Shown: positions 28,663 through 39,293 of the stretch, in pieces | How positions within the stretch are numbered: position 1 is the stretch's first letter | Layout of the letters: each line of letters begins with the position of its first letter | NCBI GenBank assembly: GCA_918797485.1 | Contig: CAKKNE010000003.1 | Location: 310,001-374,000, forward strand | Reading direction: 5' to 3' | Length of the DNA: 64,000 nt | Source of the DNA: Pelagomonas calceolata | Lineage: Eukaryota | The notes under the pieces: generated by a model | Database searches by the model: none | The model's input: the letters and a program-made list of their open reading frames with translations, nothing else | What the model was told of the DNA's origin: nothing | Translations under genes and position numbers: made by a program

Positions 28663-31600
28663 ATGGCCGACATGGACGTCGAGCAGCCCCGCGGCCGCAT
28701 CGTGAAATTGGAAATAGAGGGCTTCAAATCTTTTGGAGGGACGCACACGGTCGATTTTAGGGAACGCCAGAACTTTACGGCCGTCGTAGGGCCGAACGGC
28801 GCGGGCAAGAGCAACCTCATGGACGCTATAAGTTACGTGCTCGGATTGCAAGCGAGGCACCTACGTAGCTCAAAATTAATTGAACTGCTACATCGAGGCC
28901 CGTCCCAGTCGAGAAGAAAAGCCTCCGTCACATTAACCTATGAAAGGGACAACGATAATGTAGTGTTCTCGAGAACCATCAGCGCCGTCGGCGTCGGGGC
29001 CTACTGGTTGGACTCACAAGAAGTGACGCGCGACAAGTACGAGAACGCCCTCAAGGAGATCGGCGTCCTCGTGAAAGCGCGGAACTTCCTCGTCTTCCAG
29101 GGCGACGTCGAAAGTCTGGCCTCGAAGTCGCAGGACGAGCTCACAGCAGTCCTCGAGCAGGTCTCCGGAAGTTCGGACCACAAGAAGGAGTACGACAAGC
29201 TGAAGACGGCGAAGGACCAGGCCGAGGCCGCTTCGTTGTTAGCCTACCAGAAGAAGAAGGGCCTCGCGGCGCAACGAAGGCAGGTCCGGGACCAGAAGGA
29301 CGAGGCCGACGCGTATGAGAAGCTGCGGGACGAGCTCCATGCGGCTCGTAGAGATGACGCTGTATCTAGAGTAGCTCAACTACGCGACGATCGCAGTGAC
29401 AAGGCCAAATCCAAGGCTAAGCTCGACCGCGAGGTCCAGAAGTGTATGGAAGCCGTTGAACGGGCTTCTCAAAAAGAATCGCAAGCTTCGGATGCATTAA
29501 AGGAGGCTTCGTTAACTGCAGAGCGTGCTGATGCAGCTCTGGCCCAGAAGACGCAATCTTTAAGGGGAGGCGTCGCTCCGAGAGTAGCAGCCGCGAAGGA
29601 GGCCGCGGAGCAGGCTGCTCGAGATGCCGACCAGGAGAAAGCGGCCGCTGCTCAAGCCGATCAAAATGCCAAGCGCCACGAGACGCTGGTGAAAGATCTC
29701 CGGTCAGAACTACAAACTGAAGATGAGGAGATCAAGCGCCTGCAAGACGAGCGCGCGCGGGACGAGCCCGCCTGGCGCGCCGACCAAAGTCTGGTTGATG
29801 AGGTGAGCGACCTGCAAGCCCAGGTCGAGCGCGAGACGGCTTCGCGAGCGTTTCGGCTGGACGCGGCGCGACGCGCTAGAGACACGGAGGAGGCCGACGT
29901 CGAGGCCCTGCAACGCGAGGTCGACGACGTCATCAAGCGGCGGAACGAGGCCTCGTCGGAAGCCGCTGCTTGGCGGCTGCGCGCCAAGGCCTCCGCCGAC
30001 GCGGCGACGAAGGCGGATGCCGACGTGCGCCAGGCGTCCGACGCTATACAGGCGGCGGAGGCCGCTGCATCTGTAGGAGAGCAGGCCGTGGCCAAGGCCC
30101 AATCGGAGTTAGATCGAGCCGATGCTGAGTTAAGGGATTGCCGCGACCACCTCCCGGGCGGGCCCCAAGCGCAAAGAGATGTGGAGCGGGCTCGACTGGT
30201 AGAAACGTTGCGAGGCTTGTTCCCCGGCGTGCGCGGTCGAGTCGTAGACGTCTGCGAGCCCACGTCGCGAACCTATGCTTCCGCCGTCGGGGCCGCGATG
30301 GGCTCGCTCGCGGACGCCGTGGTCGTCGACGCGCGCTCGACAGCGGTCGGATGCGTGAGACATCTGCGGGAGCATCGGTTGGGTGCCATGACTTTTCTAC
30401 CTTTGGATGCTCTATCTTCTGCACGACCTGATGAACGACTGAGGAATTTGGGGAGGCAGTACCGGCCCGCGTTGGACGTCGTGGCATGTGATGAGGGTGT
30501 AAAAGCAGCAGTGGCCTACGCCGTCGGCCTGAAGACCGTGGTCTGCGACACTCTAGATGACGCTAGACGTTTGGCCTATTCCGACAACGCGCCTTCGGTC
30601 AAGGCCGTCAGTGTCAGTGGTGCGGTCATCGCCCAGACCGGAACGATGAGTGGCGGCCACCAGCAGGGCGGCTCTTCCTGGAGAAGGGCCGACGCTTCTC
30701 GACTCGAGAGGGAGCGGTCGTCGAAGCACGATGCTTTATCTCAAGCTCGCCTACGGGCCCAGTCCCTCAAGGACGCCGTCGCACCCCACACCGCTCGGAG
30801 GGACGCCTGCGCGTCGACGGCGAAGTGGGCCGCCAAAGACGCGCAACTCGCCCAGTCTCGCGTCGCGGAATGTGAAGCTAGGGAAAGAACGCTAGATGCA
30901 TCTAGAAAGACGGCCGAGAGGGAGCGCGACGCGAAGATTCCCGGCAGGGATCAGGCTGTGCGAACGCACGACGAACTCCGACAAGCTAAAAGGGTGGTGG
31001 AAGAACGCGTGTACGGGTCGTTCGCGAGAAGACACAATCTGTCAATTGATGACTTGTGTGACGATGGTGATGCCGTCGCGGGCACGCCGCAAGCCCTCAG
31101 AAAGCAGCGCGACGACGATCTTAAAAAACATCTGCAGCGGGCCGCTACTCTACGAGCGCAGCTCGAGTACGAACAAGGTCGCGACCTGCAAGCGCGCGCC
31201 GCCGAGACCAAATCTCGAGCGCGAGAGGCCCAGAAGGCCGCGACCAAAGCCAAGAAGAAGGCTTCCCAAATAGAGTCGGAGCAGTCCACAGCTGAAGATG
31301 AATTGGAGGAGGAGTCTCGAGCGGCGAAAGACGCTAGGGAAGCACATACGCAAGCGAGGCAGGCCCTCAAGAAGTGCCAGGTCGATGCACGACGAGCGGC
31401 GGACGCCAAAGCTACAGCAGCTAGGAAAGCTCAACAGGCCGCTTCGAGTGTCGACGCGGTGTCGGCGAAGCTGCAAGACGTTGCTCGTAGGGCTCGGTTG
31501 GAACATGTGCAATTAGGAACGGACGAGAACATGGACCCGGAGGACTTAGACGTCTCGAAAGCGCAAAAGCCGAAGCGAGGCGAGGACGCGGACCAGGCTC

Positions 31601-32271
31601 ACGCTCGTCGTAGAAGAGCGATTGAGGACTTGGAACGTAGAGTAGATGCCTTGGCGCCGAATTTGCGAGCTAAAGCGCAATTTGACTCCCTATCTTCAGA
31701 CGTGGAGCAGGCCGACAAAGAACTAGCCTCGTCACGAGACGCGGCGAGGGACGCCGCGAGACAGTTCGACGCCGTACGAAAGAAGCGTACGGATGCCTTC
31801 CGCGCGTGCTTTGATGTCGTCGCCTCGACATTGGCGGAAGCGTACAAAGACGTCACGAAGTCCGCGCGACACCCCGCTGGTGGCAGTGCATCGTTACACG
31901 CGTTAGATGCGGCCGAGCCGTACCTCAACGGCGTGTCGTTCCACGCGACGCCCCCGGCGAAGCGCTTCTGCGAAATTTCTCAATTATCAGGTGGTGAGCG
32001 CACTTTGGCTTCACTAGCTCTACTGTTCGCGCTGCACGCCTACCGGCCGGCGCCGTTCCTCATCATGGACGAGGTCGATGCAGCGTTGGATAGTGTCAAT
32101 GTGGCCAAGCTCGCGGCGTTTGTCAAGCGGCGGGCTTCATCATTACAAATAGTGGCCGTGTCGTTGAAGGACCAGTTCTACACCGAGGCCGACGCTCTAG
32201 TGGGCGTGGCCAAGGACGCGCAACGGGCTGCCAGCGTGCCGTTCACGCTGGACTTGGGCGCGTATGCCTAG
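28663..32271 (+). CDS. SMC1: Structural maintenance of chromosomes protein 1 (cohesin)
   Basis: GPNGAGKSNLMDAISYVLG, VKARNFLVFQGDVES, hinge GVRGRV, PPAKRF, LSGGE, IMDEVDAALD. Confidence 0.95.
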   Translation: MADMDVEQPRGRIVKLEIEGFKSFGGTHTVDFRERQNFTAVVGPNGAGKSNLMDAISYVLGLQARHLRSSKLIELLHRGPSQSRRKASVTLTYERDNDNVVFSRTISAVGVGAYWLDSQEVTRDKYENALKEIGVLVKARNFLVFQGDVESLASKSQDELTAVLEQVSGSSDHKKEYDKLKTAKDQAEAASLLAYQKKKGLAAQRRQVRDQKDEADAYEKLRDELHAARRDDAVSRVAQLRDDRSDKAKSKAKLDREVQKCMEAVERASQKESQASDALKEASLTAERADAALAQKTQSLRGGVAPRVAAAKEAAEQAARDADQEKAAAAQADQNAKRHETLVKDLRSELQTEDEEIKRLQDERARDEPAWRADQSLVDEVSDLQAQVERETASRAFRLDAARRARDTEEADVEALQREVDDVIKRRNEASSEAAAWRLRAKASADAATKADADVRQASDAIQAAEAAASVGEQAVAKAQSELDRADAELRDCRDHLPGGPQAQRDVERARLVETLRGLFPGVRGRVVDVCEPTSRTYASAVGAAMGSLADAVVVDARSTAVGCVRHLREHRLGAMTFLPLDALSSARPDERLRNLGRQYRPALDVVACDEGVKAAVAYAVGLKTVVCDTLDDARRLAYSDNAPSVKAVSVSGAVIAQTGTMSGGHQQGGSSWRRADASRLERERSSKHDALSQARLRAQSLKDAVAPHTARRDACASTAKWAAKDAQLAQSRVAECEARERTLDASRKTAERERDAKIPGRDQAVRTHDELRQAKRVVEERVYGSFARRHNLSIDDLCDDGDAVAGTPQALRKQRDDDLKKHLQRAATLRAQLEYEQGRDLQARAAETKSRAREAQKAATKAKKKASQIESEQSTAEDELEEESRAAKDAREAHTQARQALKKCQVDARRAADAKATAARKAQQAASSVDAVSAKLQDVARRARLEHVQLGTDENMDPEDLDVSKAQKPKRGEDADQAHARRRRAIEDLERRVDALAPNLRAKAQFDSLSSDVEQADKELASSRDAARDAARQFDAVRKKRTDAFRACFDVVASTLAEAYKDVTKSARHPAGGSASLHALDAAEPYLNGVSFHATPPAKRFCEISQLSGGERTLASLALLFALHAYRPAPFLIMDEVDAALDSVNVAKLAAFVKRRASSLQIVAVSLKDQFYTEADALVGVAKDAQRAASVPFTLDLGAYA

Positions 32272-33057
32272 ATCGGAGGGTGCCACAAGGGCCCCTCCAC
32301 CAAATAAGCAAGCTTTCCCTTCTACCCCCGCGCGGCTAAGAGTGCGGTTTCGTGTATAGCATGTTCTAGAGCGTGCCCGTTCCCCCGGCAATCAGTAAGG
32401 CTAGGTTTCGTGATAGCATGTTAGCTGGCGCTAGCTATTCTCGGGGAGAGGGGGTAAAGCGCGGCGCGGCGTCAGAGCCGGCCGGCGGGTGTCGAGCGTC
32501 TGGGGCGTCTACTTCGGATCCGCCGTCTTGTCGGCCTCGTCGACTCCATCGTCCGGAACTTTAACGTTCAACTCCAGCAGCTTTGCGCGTTTGTTAGGTT
32601 CCTTGTTTTCCAGAGCCATATCCAACGTCTCGAAGTGCGGTGCTGTTGTTTGCGAGAAGCTCCTTGTCCGCCGTGTCCGGCATCGCCGCGGTGCCCTTGA
32701 TAGTCGGCGCGTGACCATCCGCGGCCTTGGGCGTTACGAGATTCGTCATATCGACCGCGTCGGCGGCGTGTATCTAGCGGATGAGAAATTCCTTGCAGCT
32801 AGCAAGTGAGAGAGGTTTCGCGAGCTAGCGGTGTAGGCCGAGCGCACCGATGCGGTCCTGACACGCGGCCTTCTCCGAGCCCGTGAGTGAGCCCAGGAGC
32901 GTCCAGCGAGACCAGAGTCGCGTCACGCGCAAATCGGCATGAAAAACCCGTGCCGATCAATCGACGCGAGTAGAAAACTACAGGCAACACCGTGCTTACC
33001 CGGGAAGGGATGAACGCGGCGTCTACGAGAGGTGGCTTGCTTGACCGCCACCAAAGT

Positions 33058-36000
33058 CTAGGGGTGCACCGGCGCGCCGAGCTCCAATAAAGCTTTCTTG
33101 AAGCGCCGCGCCGCGAGCTTCGGCATGGCGCACTCCTGGGCCAGCTCGTCGGCGTCGGCGTCGGTCATCTCCTGCAGATCATGGAGATCTCCCGCGAGGT
33201 CGTGGAGTTGCGTCGCGTACTTGCCCAGGTTCTTCGCCGCGATCCAGGAGTCGAGCGTGTGGCCGCCGGCCGGCGTCTGCACACTCGTTTTCGTGACCGT
33301 GGCGGGCGTCGCCGCAGCGGGCGTGTCCGGCGGGCTGACGTTGCGCGGCGTTAAAGGAGACTTCGGCGCTTTGGGGATGATCCTCGGTTGAACAGGAGGC
33401 GGCGGCGGCGCCTCGACGGGCACGGTAGACACGCGCTTGACCTTGAACAGGGGCTTCTGGACGCCGCCGCCCGCCTTCCGCGCGAACTTGGGCACGCCCC
33501 GGCCGCTGTTCGCCTCGTCCATGCGCTGGAACCGTCCCAACAACTTGTTGAAGCGCGCCTTCTCCTCCGCCCTCTTCTGAGCTTGGGCCTTCTCGAGCTG
33601 TTCGCCGGCATGGTTCACGGCGTCCACGGCGCCTCTCGCCGCTCGCACGAGCGTAGCGACGTCGGGAGCGTCCGCAACGGCTCGGGCATCTTGTACTAAC
33701 TTTTCACCGTGCGTGAGGAGGTCTCCAATACGTTCTTCAAACCCACCTTCTCTCACTTCATGACCGATCTGCACCAACGTCTTCTCGCACTCATCTAAAT
33801 CGGTCATGGCTCGCAATCTCAGAGCTTCGGACTCGGCTCGCGCCAACGCCTTGTCGACGCTCGCTTGGGCATTTGTCACTGCTTCTTTGATCGGCGCGGA
33901 ATCGGACCCTTGCAGCGTCTTCTGGGCCTCATAGATCGCGTCTCTAGCTTCGACCACAGCGTCGGGCACCGCTCGAATGCCTTGAATAATGAACTGCTCG
34001 ACGGGTATGATAGCTAACCTTTCAGAAGCCGCATCCAAGGCAGCCTGGAACTCCCTTCGAGCCTCATCTAGTAATCTTTGGCGTTCGAGCATCTTCTGCG
34101 AGAGTGATTCGGCCTCCCTTACGGACTTGAGAGCAGTATCTAACCTAGCTCGTCGGTGCTCGTGCGTATCTTGTTTGGAAGAAATGTTCTTCATGGACTG
34201 CATCGCGCCCTTTCGTAGCGAGTGGGGGCCTTGCGAACCAGATAAAGCTAATGCACCTTGGTCCCACTGGGCGGCTACAGTTAACAACTCCGTGCGACAG
34301 GCACCCAACTTGCCCTCAGCATCAACACAGGCGTCCGTGAGACCCTCCGCGTCTCGCGGCGCGTATAACCCGTTCGCGATCGTCCGGAGAGCCTTGCACC
34401 GCGAGTAGGCGTCATCAATTTCCGCGAGGAACTCCGCTCTAATACGGTAGGCCTCCTCCTTCTTCTGGACGGCGGCTTTCACGATCTCTGTTGCTTTTGC
34501 GATCTCCGCACGTAACGACGAGAGCGCCTCGGCGGCCTCGGCCGGCTTGTTGATCAGTAGATTAGCTTTCGCTAAGGAAGCCTCGCACTTCTGGAGGGCA
34601 TCTCGGACAAACGCGACGCAATTGACGCCCTTGATGGCCGCCTCCGACGACGCGTCGCGCAGATCGGCGCCGCACCTCTTGAGCTTTCGTTGCAAGATAG
34701 AACCTTGGAGCTTGACCCACCACCGCTGCAAACGTCTAACGAATGGGTAGAGCATGGCGTTCCTGATACTTTGTAATTGATACAGCACCTCCGACTGCAT
34801 AAATAATTTGGAAGCGCCCAACCGATAAGCTGAGGAAGGCACGCGCTCCGCGACGTGGGGGTGGCGCATCATCGCATGGGCTAGTTGTTTCGGGTCCGTG
34901 ATGGCCGCACCTCGCGGCGTAAAGGCCCGGAACTCCCTTACGAACTCGCGATACGGCACGCGCGTGGGGAATCCAGCTCTGCGAACTTCCAGAGCGGCCA
35001 TCACGCCACTACAGACCAACTGCGATAAAACGGCGGGCTTATCTAACTTCTGGGGCTGCTTCTCGGAGTTCGTCTTGATGCATCTCACGAATCGCGTCGA
35101 GGACTCCCTTAGAGTGGCCGTGAGTGACGCCTGCGCGCGCGGACGCGTGATTATCTCGCGGCCGCGTCGACGACGTCGCGGCGACGCGGTCTCACGAAGA
35201 CGCCATCGACGCGAGACGCGTAGAATCTCTCACGGCCGCATCGACGGCGTATCGCGTCATGGTAACGGACGCCGCGTCCGCACGAGCTGCGACAAATATT
35301 TATTAGCGACCGTCTCCTTCTTCGACTGCACCTCCTCCCGCTCGGGAAAGCAGGCCTGGATCAGCGAATCAGATGATGCATGCAGCACGTCGTAGACGTG
35401 GGGGAAGAGCGCATCTCTATTTTTCTCCACAAACGACGACACGGTATACACGATGGGCCCCGCGAAGTGGTGCACGAGAAAGTCGGCATCCTCCGTCCGA
35501 CTACCGTCCTTCCTCCGCCACACGGACGCGGGCCCACAAACTTCGAAGAACGGAGACGACGCGTGCGCCTTGTTGACCTTGGCCACTAGTTTAGCTCCAT
35601 CGGAAGCCACAAAGCCTCTCGAGCACTCCGAGTCGAGTAATCTCAAAATACCGATGGGTCGCTTCGTCAGCAACTCGATGCAGGGCGTGTTGTCGGGGAA
35701 GCAGGTCTTGTCCCAATCGATGCCCTCGCGCGTGTACTCCTCGGCCTCGGCCTCAAACACCAAATCATTAAAAACCTTCTGCAATTGTTCATTGGTCGTA
35801 TTAATAAATACTTGTTCAAACCCGTTGGTGGCCATGTCCTCGAAGCCGAAGATGTCGAGGATGCCGATGAATTGGCTCTGGTCGGACTTGTCAAACGCTT
35901 TATTGGCTCTTTGCACGAGCCAGTCGAAGAGGCGGCTGAACGTAGCCTTGGCGAGGGCGTGTCTCAGGGTAGAAGCCTCCTCAGGCGTGTTTTGAGTGGT

Positions 36001-37615
36001 GACGATGTCTCGCACGCCGCCCTCGCCCGCGACGTCCCTTACACGAGTACAGAGGGCCTGGGCCAGCTTCGAGGACGACACACCTAGTAAAGATGCGGCC
36101 GTATCTAACGGAGCTTGTGTTGATATTTTGGAGCCGTCGCCGTCTTCAGCAAATTCAACATCACCTAGTACATATACAGCAGCAGCAGCGCGGAAGATGG
36201 CCTCTAACTCGGCGCCTTTCACACCTAACGCGTCTAGGGCGGCTACGGTGGCGTCGAACTCCTCGCTGTCGTCCATGTCATCGACCGACGTACAGGTCTT
36301 GGAGTAGATATGGGTAGAGGCGTCTCCCGTCAGGGCCTTGCCGGCTTGTCCTGGTAACTTGCCAGCTTTGGCCGCGGCACACAGCTGGTAGAAAATATGA
36401 TAATTTCTCTCACCAGACGACTGTTCTACCACTCGCACTTTTTCCAGTAGTAGATTCTCGATGTGGCCCCCGTTGATCGTGGAGCTATTACGTTCAAAGT
36501 CGAAGCGCGTAAACTTGCCGAATCTTGAAGAGTTGTCGTTCCGCAGCGTCTTGGCGTTGCCGAAGGCCTCGAGCCTGTGTGCATGACGAGTCACGCGACC
36601 CGAAACGGCTCGAAATCGAAAAAGAGACCACCCACTTCATCAGGAGATGGCGACGATTCATGAAGATGGCGTACGAAGGTTCATATACAACGCTGCGACG
36701 CACAGGGGGTTCGACGCGACCATGCGCTCGGCGATCGTCGGACCCGTAGATTGCGTCGTGCCCTTGAGCTTGGCGTCTCTGGCGCTTTGGCGTTTCGACA
36801 CGACGGCGAGGTAGTGGAGCATCAACTTCGTCGTCTCCGTCTTGCCCGCGCCGCTCTCGCCGCAGATGACGACGGCCTGGTTCCGTCTCGTTTTTTGCAG
36901 AGAGGAGAAGGCGTCCTCGGCCTCCTGGAAGCAGTGGGGCGGCAGGCTCCCGTAGGGCGCGTTGTGGTACCGCCCAATCACGTCGTCGCCGTAGATGGGG
37001 AGCCACCTGCGTTTTGTTTGCGTGTGATGGCGCGGCGCTCGCGTGGGCGGGGCGGGACGTTGGCGTGCGCGCGTCGACGCCATCGAAGCGGCGCCAGACG
37101 CCATCGACGCGACGCCGCGACGCAGTCCGACGTCGCGTTCTCTCGCGGCGACGGCGCGGCGCGCTCGTTCGACGCCATCGACGCGACGCGCCTCTCTCGA
37201 CTCAAAGTAGTGAAACAGCGGACGCCTATACGCACTTGAACGGGTTCATCGCTATCAGAATAGGACCGGTATTGGTATAAATCAAATCCATACGGAAGCG
37301 GTGCTGGATGTTGTCCAGTATCGACGCCTCCTGTAGCGATTGGAGGTTGTCCATGTTCTCGACGCCGTTGTTCGTCGTGAGCGGGACGCGCTGCAAAATG
37401 CGCCGAGGCGGCTCCTTCTGCTTCCTCGAGGGCGGTTTGAGGGGGAGCTGGAGGTCCACGTCGAAGGTGCGGCCGTCCGAGGCCTCGGCGCGGACCACTC
37501 CTTTCTCGACGGACGTGACGCGTGCCTCGATGTAGGCCTGGGCCGGGTCCGAGACCCAGCAGAGGCCGCCGACGTCGGACGAGGACCATTGCGTGGAGTG
37601 GTTCATCTTGGACAT
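33058..37615 (-). CDS. Myosin (motor domain, IQ-like segment, coiled coil, Pro-rich region, C-terminal SAM domain); exons 37615-37236, 37006-36704, 36574-35284, 35130-33058
   Basis: Splices restore [21 protein letters not shown] and [22 protein letters not shown]. Also [18 protein letters not shown] and DIFGFE. Confidence 0.92.
35131..35283 (-). other. Myosin intron 3 (153 nt, GT-AG), rich in CGCCATCGACGCG-type palindromic motifs
   Basis: CTC|GTGCGG...GCGCGCAG|GCG; removal restores the frame. Confidence 0.88.
36575..36703 (-). other. Myosin intron 2 (129 nt, GT-AG)
   Basis: CT|GTGCGT...GCACACAG|G restores NPLLEAFGN. Confidence 0.92.
37007..37235 (-). other. Myosin intron 1 (229 nt, GT-AG) with repeated GACGCCATCGA motifs
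   Basis: AA|GTGCGT...AAACGCAG|G restores NPFKWLPIY. Confidence 0.9.
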
Positions 37616-38314
37616 TGTTTCTAACCCGGCTTCTTACGGCCGGCGGTGCTTGTTTTGGTTTTGGCGCGGCGCGTGGCGTTCCGCGGCCTTTTCCGGCTCG
37701 GGTGTTTTTGGTGTTGGTTTTGGGCGCGGCGGCGCGGTGCCTCGTGGCAGCGCGGTCGCTTGCGCGGCTCTGGAGCGCTGTTCGACCGCTGGCGGGCGCG
37801 CTAGGGCGCTGCGCGGCGGCTAGGCTGTGAGCCAACAGGTGGGCTGTTTCAGCGCGTCTCGCAGCGCAAAAGGCGGCGCGTCGTCGCGAGACGTGTTCGA
37901 GCGTTTGCTGTGGGAGCCCTGCGCTGACCAGCGAGTGCTGCGGGTCGAGATGCTGGCTACAATTGCGCCTAGTTTTGTGAACGGCGCATTTGCTGGACCC
38001 CAAATGGGTTGGCTGTCCCAAACCGGCCTCGCCGCGACCCATCGGGTCCCGTGGTCTCACCCGTCGTCACGGACACGGTAGATGCACCCGTGCGCCGCCT
38101 GGCCGGATTTCCGGGGGTCGGCCCGCGCTCGCCGCGGGTTTACGCCGCGCGCGTCCAGCTCGCTCCCAGCTCCCAAGCGCGTTCCCGCACGCGAGCACCA
38201 TTCCGCCGCTGAGGCATGGGACAGTCGGAAGGACCGGTATGTCGTGAATACCCGCACGCCTCCAAGCTAGCTCGGTGGTGGCGCAGCCAAAACGCTGCGA
38301 CAGAGCAAATAACG

Positions 38315-38900
38315 ATGCTCCAAAGACGAGTCCTGACGGCTGTCACATGTATCGCTGCCGTAAATGCATTTGTCGCGCCGAGCCGGTCCGTCGCGAGGCC
38401 TAGCAGCAGCCATGCCCAGCCCACCACTCCTGCCGCGATGCGCCAACAAACGTACGCTTGCAGCGCTGTCATCAAAATGCTGCAGCCCTTCTCCGCCCGC
38501 GGCTGATACGCGCCCGATCCACACGCTGTCGACGCGACGCGGCGCCTGACTCACGCGTCAACAAACACGCAGGCAGCTAAACATGGTGATACCGGGAGAC
38601 AGTGCGGCAGAGTTCGTCGTCATCAGCGGCACGCTGAATTTCTTAGCGTTGTACAACGCGTTGATTACCGCGCGGATCCTTTTGAGCTGGTTCCCGCAAG
38701 CGCAGGGCCAGCCGCTGTTGCAGCCGCTCTTCGTCGTCACGGACCCGTTCCTCAACCTCTTCCGGGGCCTGGGCCTGAACTTCGGCGGCCTCGACTTTAG
38801 CATCCTGCCCGCGTTCTTTTTACTGAACGCTCTAACAAACGCCGTGCCGGCGCTCGGCGCGGACGCGTCGGTTCTCTTAGATCCGTCGACGTTGATGTGA
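38315..38900 (+). CDS. YGGT/YlmG family plastid membrane protein; exons 38315-38451 and 38573-38900 (intron 38452-38572)
   Basis: Signal peptide with VNAFVAP (ASAFAP-like); RILLSWFP..TDPFLNLFR..GLDFSIL. The intron AC|GTACGC..ACGCAG|G is in frame. Confidence 0.88.
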
Positions 38901-39293
38901 GCGTAAGTTTCGTAGACGGGTCGCGGCGGCGGCGTTGAGGGGTCGTCTCGGTTCGCACGCGCCCGTCACGCGGCGTCATCGTACTCGTATCGAAAAAGCC
39001 GCGCATCTTCCGCATCGCTGCGGCCGCACACGACGCCTCCTGTGGCTTTCTGAAGGCTGCGCCCCGAACCCGTTTTGACAGTTCGAGGTGTCGTTTTTTG
39101 CACAGTGCGCCGTGCCGCAAATCACCGGTCGAACTGATTGAGTTCTGAACGGCTGTGACAGCACGAAGGAATAGTTTGCTCACCACAAGCGCTGCGGCGT
39201 AGTGATTAGGGCGCTAGGCGAGCAGCACAGCCCTGGTGAGCATAAAGCTGCACAAAAACGCGGCGCGCGTGTGAAGCGCTGTAAACGAAGACA

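Noticed and set aside
32509..32718. Short ORF between SMC1 and myosin
   Set aside because: Too short, with no recognisable motif.
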